Shown here: positions 55,838 to 64,000 of the stretch, one piece after another
Position numbering within the stretch: the stretch's first letter is position 1
How the letters are laid out: each line of letters starts with the position of its first letter
IMG/VR virus record: IMGVR_UViG_3300005518_000002
Coordinates: 1 to 64,000 of that record
Direction: 5' to 3' (one strand)
DNA from: a virus
Length of the DNA stretch: 64,000 bases
Translations under genes and position numbers: made by a program
The notes under the pieces: model-generated
What the model was told of the DNA's origin: nothing
Seen by the model: the letters and a program-made list of their open reading frames with translations, nothing else
The model's database searches: none

Positions 55838-58275
55838 CCACGGAAGAAAAGGATCAGAAGATGACCAAGGTTGTGTGCCCCGGGTGCCGGAAGGACTTCG
55901 TCCCGATCGCCTCGGGGAAGATCAAGGTCCACAGGATCAAGGGTGTGGAGTGCGAAGGGGTCGGCGAAGACCCGTACACCGGGGAGGAAGGCTCCCCGTC
56001 GGGCAGCCAGTGCCGGGTGTGCAAGGGACCGGTCGTGCTGGAGCCCAGCGGCCGCACCAAGCCCCACCTGACCCGCGAGCAGGTTCCGCAGCCGTGCGAC
56101 GGAGGCAGCGACTGGCCGCTGGGTGTCTACCCGGACATCGAGGGTTCCACCCGGGGTCCTGCCCGCAGCGACGTCGCCACCGCGGGGGACGAGAGCTGGC
56201 GGCCGGGTTCCGGCTGGCAGCTGGCGGATCATGACCACACCTACGAGTGGGGCGACGACAACAACGGCCACAGCGGCAGTTTCTGCACGACCTGCGGCAA
56301 GGAGGAGCCGCAGGACCCGCCGGACCGTCCGCTGATCTCCGGCGGATCCATGGGAGACATGGAGGACGACCGTTTCCCGAGCGGCGGACACACGATGGTC
56401 GGCTCCGGAACGGTGAAGGCCCGTCCCGTCGATGCGGCGAACGACTTTCTCAGCGGCACCCGGAAGGCCCTCACTCCCCCCGGCGCGGCCGACGACTTTC
56501 TCAGCGGCAGCGCGGAGGATGACGGAGACGACGACGAGAGCAGTGGTCCGGGCTCCTGGTTCGAGGCCCGGTACGACGGGGATTGCGGCACCTGCGGAAC
56601 GCACTTCGAGGCGGGAGACCGCATCCGTGCCGACGGGTCGGGCGACTGGGAGGCCGAAGACTGCTGCGGGGACGAGATCGAGACCCCCGCGGAGAAGGCC
56701 GCGGAGAAGGCCCGGCAGCCGGTCACCGCTGACCCCTCCCTGCCGGTGCGCAATGGCCGGTACGTCGCCCCGCACCCCAAGACCGGCAAGCAGGCCAAGT
56801 TCACCCGCACCACCACCTTCGCCGAAGCCGTCTCCGACTCCATCGCTCTGGACCAGTGGAAAGGCCGGATGGAGGCCATGGGCCTCGCGCTCAATCCGGA
56901 CCTGATCGCCAAGGTGCGCAGCGCGGTGCAGGGCCGTGTGCCCTACGAGGTCGCCAAGGAGCAGCGGGAGTTCCTGAACGGCGTGGTCGAGCAGGCCAAG
57001 CTTGCTGCCGGATCCAAGGACCGGGCGCGCAAGGGCACGATCCTCCACAAGCACACGCAGGAGATCGACTCGGGCCGCCGGACGCTGGCCGAGGTGCCCG
57101 AGGAGTTCCGGCCGGACGTCGCCGCCTACCTGACAGCGATGGAGGGAGCGGGTCTGCGCCTGCTGCCGCAGCTGATCGAGCGTTCCGTCGTGACCACGGA
57201 GCTGGACGTCGTCGGTACGTTCGACCGGATCGTCGAAGTCCTGTGGGACCAGGAGGCACAGGATCTGAGCGGACGGCCGGTCCGGCTGCGCAAGGGTGAC
57301 CACGTCATCGGGGATGTGAAGTCCGGCGCCAGCCTGCTGTTCGCCTGGCCGGAGATCGAGATCCAGCTGGCCATCTACGCGCACGCGGTCAACGAGAACG
57401 GCGTGGCCGTCCCCGACGGACCCCGGGGCCAGACCACCTGGCGCTGGGCTCCGCTGGCCGAGTTCGGGGTGCCCGCAGTGCGTCAGGACGTCGGCATCGT
57501 CATGCACATGCCGTACGGCGAGAAGACGTGCGAGCTGCACCTGGCCGATCTGGTCGAGGGCTGGCGCGGAGCGCAGCTGTGCAAGGTCGTCCGCGAATGG
57601 CGCAGGATCAAGTTCCCCGACGCGCCGTTCTTCCGCCATGTCGAGCTGGTCAAGGAGGCGCCCCGGGAGGACCGCCCCACCGGCTTCGACGTGACGCCGA
57701 CCGGCGAGAGCTGGGAGGAGCGGTTCCGCGCCGTGCAGACCAAGGAGGAGGGCAGTGCGCTGTGGCGCGAGGCGAAGGCGGCCGGAATGCCCCCGGACGA
57801 GCTGAAGCGGCTGACCGGCCTGGTCCGTCTCCCGGCCGTCGTTCACGCAGCGGCAGGGGACCACGCAGACTCCGAGCCGCTGCCTTCCCCGGAGCTCTCC
57901 GAAGCGCTGCATCACAAGCGTGAGGCTGACAGTGCTCTGGACCAGCAGGAGCGGTACGGGGGGTCCGGGGGAACCTCCCGGGCCGAGGACCCGTGGCCCA
58001 CGTGGGAAAGCCGGTTCCGCGCCGTGCAGACCAAGGAGGAGGGCAGCGCGCTGTGGCGCGAGGCGAAGGCGGCGGGTGTCGTGCCTGTCGAGCTCAAGCG
58101 GCTGACCGGCCTGGTGAAACTGTCCCCTCCCACCCTGGAGGAACGCGCCGCCGCAGTGACCACCCGGGCCGAAGCGTCCGCCCTGTTCCAGGAGATGCGA
58201 GACAACGTGGAGACGATCGGTAAGCCCCGTATCGCGGGGCTGGTAAAGATCATGCAGGAGGCTCTACCGGCCTAG
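55834..58275 (+). CDS. PD-(D/E)XK exonuclease (RecB/Cas4-like) with Cys-rich N-terminus and C-terminal repeats
   Basis: GT.LH, GTFDR, GDVKSG, QLAIYA. Confidence 0.8.
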   Translation: MTTEEKDQKMTKVVCPGCRKDFVPIASGKIKVHRIKGVECEGVGEDPYTGEEGSPSGSQCRVCKGPVVLEPSGRTKPHLTREQVPQPCDGGSDWPLGVYPDIEGSTRGPARSDVATAGDESWRPGSGWQLADHDHTYEWGDDNNGHSGSFCTTCGKEEPQDPPDRPLISGGSMGDMEDDRFPSGGHTMVGSGTVKARPVDAANDFLSGTRKALTPPGAADDFLSGSAEDDGDDDESSGPGSWFEARYDGDCGTCGTHFEAGDRIRADGSGDWEAEDCCGDEIETPAEKAAEKARQPVTADPSLPVRNGRYVAPHPKTGKQAKFTRTTTFAEAVSDSIALDQWKGRMEAMGLALNPDLIAKVRSAVQGRVPYEVAKEQREFLNGVVEQAKLAAGSKDRARKGTILHKHTQEIDSGRRTLAEVPEEFRPDVAAYLTAMEGAGLRLLPQLIERSVVTTELDVVGTFDRIVEVLWDQEAQDLSGRPVRLRKGDHVIGDVKSGASLLFAWPEIEIQLAIYAHAVNENGVAVPDGPRGQTTWRWAPLAEFGVPAVRQDVGIVMHMPYGEKTCELHLADLVEGWRGAQLCKVVREWRRIKFPDAPFFRHVELVKEAPREDRPTGFDVTPTGESWEERFRAVQTKEEGSALWREAKAAGMPPDELKRLTGLVRLPAVVHAAAGDHADSEPLPSPELSEALHHKREADSALDQQERYGGSGGTSRAEDPWPTWESRFRAVQTKEEGSALWREAKAAGVVPVELKRLTGLVKLSPPTLEERAAAVTTRAEASALFQEMRDNVETIGKPRIAGLVKIMQEALPA
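57712..58116 (+). repeat. 114-nt imperfect direct repeat (57712-57825, 58003-58116)
   Basis: WE.RFRAVQTKEEGSALWREAKAAG..P.ELKRLTGLV occurs twice. Confidence 0.9.
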
Positions 58276-58300
58276 GCGATTTAGCAAAATCCCCGTATCA

Positions 58301-58365
58301 TGGGTGGGGTAGCAGTACCCCACCCACTCACAGGTTCAAGCACTCACAGGTTCACAGGCTCACAG
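58301..58365 (+). promoter_or_regulatory. hairpin plus four TCACAG copies in the SSB leader
   Basis: TGGGTGGGGTA-GCAG-TACCCCACCCA; TCACAG at 58328, 58344, 58352, 58360. Confidence 0.6.
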
Positions 58366-58378
58366 AAGAGGCAGGAAC

Positions 58379-58975
58379 ATGACCACTCAGGCAGACCCGT
58401 TCAGCACCCAGAAGCGCGAGGCCGACGAATTCCTCTCCGGTGGCGGCTCCACCATGATCGCGGCCAAGTGGCCCACCGTCGGTGCCGTCGTGGAGGGGAC
58501 CATCACCGCGTGGGAGGGTCCCGTCCAGAAGACCGACATGGAGTCCGGGGAGCTCCTGTACTTCGAGGCCAAGAAGATGGTCAAGGAGTCCGACCTGAGG
58601 GGCAACCCGGCCACCGCACGCAAGGCCATGGAGCTCCGCGTCGATCTCCAGTGCGAGGCGACCGGCATCACCTGGAAGACCAACCAGTACATCGAGGAAG
58701 AGGTTCCGGACGACGACGGCATGCGCCGCATGTACATCAGCGGAGCTCTCCAGAAGGCGTTCGCCGCAGCCAAGGAGGCCGCGGGCACCGACGGTGTTCC
58801 CGCGCCGCTGGAGACCGGAGCGTACGTGAAGATCACCCGGACCAAGTCGAAGAAGATGCCCAACGGGTTCTTCGCCTACACCTTCGAGGGTGAGTGGACC
58901 CCCGCCAAGCAGAACGCCAAGGCGGCGGACGGCTTCCTGAGTGACGACGCGGAAGAGAACCCGTTCGCCGAGTAG
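58379..58975 (+). CDS. single-stranded DNA-binding protein (putative)
   Basis: Follows exonuclease; OB-like pattern, DDG.R..Y, acidic aromatic tail DDAEENPFAE. Confidence 0.65.
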   Translation: MTTQADPFSTQKREADEFLSGGGSTMIAAKWPTVGAVVEGTITAWEGPVQKTDMESGELLYFEAKKMVKESDLRGNPATARKAMELRVDLQCEATGITWKTNQYIEEEVPDDDGMRRMYISGALQKAFAAAKEAAGTDGVPAPLETGAYVKITRTKSKKMPNGFFAYTFEGEWTPAKQNAKAADGFLSDDAEENPFAE

Positions 58976-58984
58976 TCCCCCATG

Positions 58985-59021
58985 CAGAAGGCCCCCGGGA
59001 ATCTCTCCCGGGGGCCTTCTG
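58985..59021. terminator. intrinsic terminator between convergent genes
   Basis: CAGAAGGCCCCCGGGA / TCCCGGGGGCCTTCTG. Confidence 0.8.
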
Positions 59022-59040
59022 TTGTGCGAGGTCTCGTGTA

Positions 59041-59184
59041 CTACTCGCTGGTCCTGCCCTCTTCGCCGCAGTGGCACTCATCGGTCGACTGAGCATCTGG
59101 GTGGTGCGCGGCCATGTGCTCCAGCATTTCCCCGAATCCCTCGGGGATACCGGCCTTCGTCAGCAACTTTTCCCAGATATCCAT
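59041..59184 (-). CDS. small hypothetical protein
   Basis: RBS AAGGAGG; MDIWEKLL. Confidence 0.55.
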   Translation of the reverse strand: MDIWEKLLTKAGIPEGFGEMLEHMAAHHPDAQSTDECHCGEEGRTSE

Positions 59185-59216
59185 TACGTACCCTCCTTCA
59201 ACAGCTGTGTGGAGCC

Positions 59217-59759
59217 TCAGGCAGCGTTCTGAGGACTCCGGGGCCGCAGTCCGGCACGGGTGGCCGGGGTCCAGTCCACCCGCTCCAGACGGGCCCGCTG
59301 AGCGGCAGGAAGAGGGAACGCAGGCTCCCCCGCCCAGTCCAGTCCGAGCCAGCGCAGCCAGGCCGCGTCGCACTCGTTGTCATCCGTGAACTCGACGCCG
59401 GAGCGCTTGTACGCAGCCATGATCATCGCTGCCTTGTCCCCTGTCCTGCCCAGCGCGTACGCCTTGAGCGTGCTCGGGTTGACCTCCACATAGGGGAATC
59501 CCCGGCTCAGCAGCTCGACCCGCACGGCTCCGTGGACCATCGGGATCTGCCGGGCGGAGGCCCCCTTGAGACCGGCGCGGATGTCCTCCAGGATCACCAG
59601 GTCCGGCCAGGCGTCGAGCAGCGCGACCGCCAGATGATCGCGGATGTGCAGCAGACGGCCGTCTCCCCCGCCGTCCTTCGTCCTGATCAGTCCGGTGGAG
59701 CCGTCCGGATAGGCGAGCCCGGTGCGGGTGAGCGCAGCGTCTATTCCCATGATCTTCAT
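59217..59759 (-). CDS. ruvC: RuvC-like Holliday junction resolvase
   Basis: IMGID....TG.A, VILE, P.TLK....G, DDNECDA. Confidence 0.85.
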   Translation of the reverse strand: MKIMGIDAALTRTGLAYPDGSTGLIRTKDGGGDGRLLHIRDHLAVALLDAWPDLVILEDIRAGLKGASARQIPMVHGAVRVELLSRGFPYVEVNPSTLKAYALGRTGDKAAMIMAAYKRSGVEFTDDNECDAAWLRWLGLDWAGEPAFPLPAAQRARLERVDWTPATRAGLRPRSPQNAA

Positions 59760-59855
59760 GTCGTTCCTCCGTGGTCTGTTTGATTAAATCAACCGTACCA
59801 CCTAGGATGGAACAGGAGTGCATCGTGAACACCGACCAGATGATCAAGGAGTGGT

Positions 59856-60119
59856 ATGGCTCTCGACCCGGCGGCGAAACCCGCCTATGACGCTCTTGTG
59901 GAAGAACACAACGCTCTGCTGAAGGAAGTGGGACGCAGTCCCCTGACCCGCGCACAGCTGGCGGGGGTGCGCACCCAGCTCTCGTACGCCGCCCGCGGTT
60001 TCCGCATCACCTCTCTCATGGTTCCCCGCGAGGGAGAGAAGGGCGAGAACTTCTGGAGGGGCCTCGCGAGCATCCGTAAGAACCTGGCGGCCGCCCGCGC
60101 CGGACTGGAGGAGCGATGA
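59856..60119 (+). CDS. hypothetical protein
   Basis: RBS AAGGAG. Confidence 0.65.
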   Translation: MALDPAAKPAYDALVEEHNALLKEVGRSPLTRAQLAGVRTQLSYAARGFRITSLMVPREGEKGENFWRGLASIRKNLAAARAGLEER

Positions 60120-60556
60120 GCTTCACCACAGGACAGCTCGGCATGAAGGCATACGAGATCTACGTGGCCGAGGAGATCTCCCAGGAAGCGGCCTGTGCCC
60201 GGGTGGGCACAGGCCGCAACAACCTGCGCCGGGTACTGGAGATCATCCGGAACGACCCGAGCGAGGAACTGCTGCTCCAGCTGAAAGCCGGAGAGATCTC
60301 CCTGATGCAGGCACTGGCGGACAGCCGGAAGAACATGGACATCCCGGACCGGCTCAGTGTTCAGCAGATCCGCACCGCCATGGAGCGCTTCGTCGGATTC
60401 GACAGTGTGCGTGCCGAGTTCACCGACGCGCTGCTGCTCCGGGTGCCTGCCGATGAACTCGCGGAGTTCGAGCGCAGGCTGTGCGCCAGCCGCGCTGCCA
60501 CCTGGAACCTGATCAACGCAATCCGGAAGACCAACGAACAGAGGATCACAGAATGA
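60116..60556 (+). CDS. HTH-containing protein
   Basis: SQE.A...VG..R..L.R, L..GEISL..A resembles a ParB-type HTH. Confidence 0.6.
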   Translation: MSFTTGQLGMKAYEIYVAEEISQEAACARVGTGRNNLRRVLEIIRNDPSEELLLQLKAGEISLMQALADSRKNMDIPDRLSVQQIRTAMERFVGFDSVRAEFTDALLLRVPADELAEFERRLCASRAATWNLINAIRKTNEQRITE

Positions 60557-61365
60557 GCGAGATCATGAAGGACGGCGAACTCCGGTTCGTCATCGAGCAC
60601 CTGAGCGCCAACCTGCTCGAAGTCGACCCCGCCGTCCAGCGGGACATCAGCCAGGCCCGGGTGAAGAAGATCGCCAACAACTTCGCCGAGCACAGTCTCG
60701 GAGTCCTGGTCGTCTCCCGCCGGGGAGGCGTCACCTCGGAGCCCCGCTACGTCGTCCTGGACGGCCAGACCCGCCTGGAGGTGATCCGCCAGGTCGCCGG
60801 AACGGCGGAGACCACCATGCCCGTGCTGTGCCAGGTGTACCTCAACCTGAGCCGCAGGGAGGAGGCGGAGATCTTCCTCACGCACAACGACCGGGCCGCC
60901 GTGCGCAAGCTGGACGGCTTCCGGATCTCCCTGGTGGCGCAGGAGCAGTGGGCCGTGGAGATCAACGCCGTGGCCGACCGCTACGGCTACCACGTGAACA
61001 AGGACAAGGATCCCGGCCACCGGTTCCTGGCCGTGGGTGTCGCGGAGCGGCTGTACCGCGGGGAGCGGGGCCTGGACGTTCTCGACCGGACGTTCGACAC
61101 GATCAACCGGGCCTGGAACCACACCCCCAACGCCGCTTCCGCGGAAGCGGTCATCGGACTGGGGCTGCTCTACCAGCGCCACCCCGGGGACATCGACTTC
61201 AAGGGACTGGCGAGCAGGCTGGCCAAGGCAGGCAGCCCGCAGCAGTTCATGGGGGTCGTGGCTCAGCACCGGCACGCCCTGGGCATCACCATGCCCGAGG
61301 CTGCCTACCGGTACGCGGTCCAGCTGCACGACAAGGGCCGCAAGTCCCGCCGTCTGAGCGGCTGA
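60553..61365 (+). CDS. ParB-like (DGQHR-type, DUF6551-like) protein
   Basis: L.VDP.VQR, G...VS.R, VLDGQTR, EEAEIF...N. Confidence 0.75.
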   Translation: MSEIMKDGELRFVIEHLSANLLEVDPAVQRDISQARVKKIANNFAEHSLGVLVVSRRGGVTSEPRYVVLDGQTRLEVIRQVAGTAETTMPVLCQVYLNLSRREEAEIFLTHNDRAAVRKLDGFRISLVAQEQWAVEINAVADRYGYHVNKDKDPGHRFLAVGVAERLYRGERGLDVLDRTFDTINRAWNHTPNAASAEAVIGLGLLYQRHPGDIDFKGLASRLAKAGSPQQFMGVVAQHRHALGITMPEAAYRYAVQLHDKGRKSRRLSG

Positions 61366-61442
61366 CGGACACGGGCGGGGGCCGTCGGGGCTCCCGCCCT
61401 GCCGTACGATCTAGCTCAACGACCACGGACTGAGGAGAACCA

Positions 61443-61913
61443 GTGAATACGAACACGCAGCTCCCCGGGGAGGACGATGCCGGGACCGAAGGTGTCTGGA
61501 CCTTCACGGACCAGTACAACGAGACGTTCACCGTCACCGGGACGTTCCTGGGCGTGGGGTCCTCGCACCGGCCGCGCCACAAGGGTCATGAAGCGGGTAC
61601 GTTCATCCCCCGCCGGGAGCACTGCTCCACGTGCCGCTGGACGGAGATCCGCATCTTCGTGGAGGCCGGGGAGCGCACCCGGTACGCCGTCGTCAACCGT
61701 GGCGTGTCCATCGTTCCCGGTGAACGGGAGCTGGTCACCTGCGAGAGGTTCACCACCGGATTCTCCGTGGTGGAGGGTGTCACCACCCGCAAGACCCAGA
61801 GGGACGGCAGCCAGGTCGTTGCCCTGACCCTCCCGGCCGCCCGTGCGCTGGCGCAGGCGGCCGCCCATGACGAGAGCATCCGGGACGCGTACGTCAACCG
61901 GGCCACCGTCTGA
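61443..61913 (+). CDS. hypothetical protein
   Basis: RBS GAGGAG; CSTCRW.E. Confidence 0.7.
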   Translation: MNTNTQLPGEDDAGTEGVWTFTDQYNETFTVTGTFLGVGSSHRPRHKGHEAGTFIPRREHCSTCRWTEIRIFVEAGERTRYAVVNRGVSIVPGERELVTCERFTTGFSVVEGVTTRKTQRDGSQVVALTLPAARALAQAAAHDESIRDAYVNRATV

Positions 61914-61943
61914 GCACATCCGCACAACGACCAGGAGACCGAC

Positions 61944-62141
61944 ATGAACAGACCCTCCGTAACCACCTTCGCCGAAACCGCCGTCGTCTATGCCGTGATC
62001 GAAGGCCGTACGGACGAAGCCCGACGACTCCTCGGCAACATGCTGGACGACGAGCTGCGGGACTACCACCGCCAGGTCAGCACAGTTCTCGACCTGGTCA
62101 ACGACGAAGGCAACGGACGTCGCCTGGAGGGCGGGTTCTGA
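61944..62141 (+). CDS. hypothetical protein
   Basis: RBS AGGAG. Confidence 0.65.
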   Translation: MNRPSVTTFAETAVVYAVIEGRTDEARRLLGNMLDDELRDYHRQVSTVLDLVNDEGNGRRLEGGF

Positions 62142-62338
62142 TGACCGACTTCCCCTGGACGGATCCTCCCTGTACCTGCGAGGAGTGCCGTCCGGGGCCC
62201 GGCATCGACTACGCCAGCACGCACCTGAGCCGGATGCTGAACAGGCTGGACGAGGAGCGTGCCCAGCGGGCTGTGGAAATCACAGCATGGATCGACGGAT
62301 GTCACGGCAACCCCGTGATCAAGAAGGAGCCCTCATGA
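62141..62338 (+). CDS. hypothetical protein
   Basis: TGATG coupling; CTCEEC. Confidence 0.55.
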   Translation: MTDFPWTDPPCTCEECRPGPGIDYASTHLSRMLNRLDEERAQRAVEITAWIDGCHGNPVIKKEPS

Positions 62339-62412
62339 TGAAGCTCATCGGTTGCCTGGTGTTTCTCACCGCGCTAGCGCTGATCTTCCTGATAGCCACG
62401 AACAAGATCTGA
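62335..62412 (+). CDS. small membrane peptide
   Basis: RBS AAGGAG; MMKLIGCLVFLTALALIFLIATNKI. Confidence 0.5.
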   Translation: MMKLIGCLVFLTALALIFLIATNKI

Positions 62413-62636
62413 CCGTGGGCAGGCACCGCGCCGGGCCACCGGTCACACCACGCGCCGCGGAGGCTGTACCTCACCCTCCGCGGCGCGTACTGCGTCAGGA
62501 GTACGAGCGGCTGTACCGCTTCTACAAAGACCTCCAGCGGGAGCACAGTGCCCTTCTGGACAGGCTGGAGCAGGACACCGAGGAGGTTCCCCTCCCCCTT
62601 CCGGCCGACTGAGAAATCGACCAAGGAGAACAGATC

Positions 62637-63077
62637 ATGACCATCCGCTTCATCGCTGTGGCCGGGTACATCAACAAGGTCACAACGGACGGCCGCATCC
62701 TGGAACACACCCCGGATGTTCCCCTCGCTCCCGAGGACATGCTTTCACTGATGATCCACGACCATTCCCGGGGTGAGCACGTCGGCCGGATCGACCGGGT
62801 GAGCCTGATCGGGGACCAGATCGTCCTGATCGGCATCCTCTTCGAGGACAGCTGGGCCAGGCCCTCCGTCGATGCGCTCCGCGCCGGTACGGACAGGCTC
62901 AATCTCGACGTCGGCTCCCGTAGTTCCAGCTGGGACTCGCGGGACTCCGGGAAGCCCTTCAAGACGTATGCCGAGGTGATGCGCATCCACGACTGGTGGA
63001 TCCGGGCCGCACATGTCCACAGCAATCCCTGCTGGCCCCTCCCGGCGGCAGACGTCTGGGCGGACCCCGGATGCTGA
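62637..63077 (+). CDS. stand-alone protein resembling the prohead protease domain
   Basis: RBS AAGGAG; T.DGR, VG.I..V, IRAA.V...P shared with the protease of 27516-30557. Confidence 0.6.
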   Translation: MTIRFIAVAGYINKVTTDGRILEHTPDVPLAPEDMLSLMIHDHSRGEHVGRIDRVSLIGDQIVLIGILFEDSWARPSVDALRAGTDRLNLDVGSRSSSWDSRDSGKPFKTYAEVMRIHDWWIRAAHVHSNPCWPLPAADVWADPGC

Positions 63078-63147
63078 CTGCCCCTCCCGCCACAGGGGGT
63101 TCTGCTGTTAAGGTAAATTGACCCGATTTACTGAAAGGGGTACCACC

Positions 63148-63399
63148 ATGACCACCACCAAGCGACCCAGGGGACGACCCCGTCCCATCGAGACGATCGA
63201 GCGGGACGAGAAGATCCTCAAGCTGCTCCAGCAGAGCGGATCGTTCACCCGCAATCAGATCGCCGAAGCCCTGGGCCTGGACACCACCATCACCTACCTC
63301 TCCCTGGACCGGCTGCGCCGCCAGGGACGCGTCCGCAAGTGCGCGGGCACCGGCTCGAACACCCTGTGGACGAGCGAGGCGAATGCCCCGTGCCCCTGA
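63148..63399 (+). CDS. winged-HTH DNA-binding protein with AT-hook-like motif
   Basis: RPRGRPR; TRNQIAEALGL......SLDRLRRQGRV. Confidence 0.75.
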   Translation: MTTTKRPRGRPRPIETIERDEKILKLLQQSGSFTRNQIAEALGLDTTITYLSLDRLRRQGRVRKCAGTGSNTLWTSEANAPCP

Positions 63400-63605
63400 T
63401 CACCGGACCTGCGGACGAGCAGGAAGAGGCGCTGGGACCGCGGGAGATCTGCGAGCTGGGAGAGATCTGCGTAAAGATGGCCCGGCAGCTGCGAGAAACG
63501 AGCGAGGCAGCGGCAGCCATCTTCAGATCGCTCCCCGCCGCGGGAGCCCTGCTGACGTCCCCGGACGCCATGCGCTGGACCCCCGGGGAAGGAGTTGCGC
63601 TGTGA
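63390..63605 (+). CDS. hypothetical protein
   Basis: GTG after RBS GAGG; coupled to next gene. Confidence 0.45.
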   Translation: MPLITGPADEQEEALGPREICELGEICVKMARQLRETSEAAAAIFRSLPAAGALLTSPDAMRWTPGEGVAL

Positions 63606-64000
63606 GCGGTGACCGGCTCACCGTGGCTGTGTGCATCCCGACCATCGACGGCCGGGAGCGCATGCTGGCCAACGCCATGCGCACGGTAAGGATCCAGCGC
63701 CGCAAGCCCGACCAGATCCTGATCGAGCGGGACCGGGAAAGGACGGGCGCAGCAGCCACACGCAACCGGCTGCTGGCCCGGGTGGAGACCGACGTGATCG
63801 CCTGGCTCGACGATGATGACCTTCTGGAGCCGAACCACCTGATCGCCAACCTCCGGGTGCTCAAGGAGCGGCCGGAGGTCACACTCGTCTACCCCCGGCC
63901 GCGCATGGTCGGCGGGAAGGACCCCACGGCAGTGACTTACCAGGGACGGTTCCCGACCCCTCCCTGGGGCCTGCGCTGGTGCCCGGAGTTCGACAAGCAC
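63602..64000 (+). CDS. GT2-family glycosyltransferase (runs off window)
   Basis: V.V.IPT..GR, GAA.TRN, IAWLDDDD. Confidence 0.85.
   Translation, partial: MSGDRLTVAVCIPTIDGRERMLANAMRTVRIQRRKPDQILIERDRERTGAAATRNRLLARVETDVIAWLDDDDLLEPNHLIANLRVLKERPEVTLVYPRPRMVGGKDPTAVTYQGRFPTPPWGLRWCPEFDKH

Noticed and set aside
55834-58275. Cas4 as part of a CRISPR system
   Set aside because: Stand-alone phage exonuclease; no array or other cas genes

Overview
The whole window is a high-GC actinobacterial phage genome segment, a siphovirus whose host is most likely Streptomyces or a close relative. No host genes, integrase or CRISPR are visible. Layout: (1) 1-6.5 kb, rightward accessory genes with two tRNAs, one aberrant tRNA-like RNA, a secreted GH16, DUF932 and a WhiB-like regulator. 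(2) 6.5-52.5 kb, a long leftward arm. Read from right to left it holds a single-chain primase/SF3-helicase/family-A DNA polymerase; a five-gene DNA base-hypermodification cassette (ParB-like, amino acid:DNA transferase, PLP enzyme, P-loop kinase, TET/JBP dioxygenase); TerS; sugar-processing enzymes; an Rpf-NlpC/P60-LysM hydrolase; TerL; portal; a 2H-phosphoesterase/MuF/protease fusion; two capsid proteins; tail genes; tape measure; lysis genes; and a glycosyltransferase. (3) 52.5-64 kb, mostly rightward replication/recombination genes (intein-containing SF2 helicase, PD-(D/E)XK exonuclease, SSB, leftward RuvC, ParB-like), ending in a truncated GT2. The best candidate for an under-described system is the fully post-replicative thymine hypermodification cassette. 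Next are the tRNA-like RNA with a doubled anticodon arm, the all-in-one replicase with an internal origin-like element, and a dispersed glycan-building toolkit. All calls come from motif recognition by eye; no searches were run.
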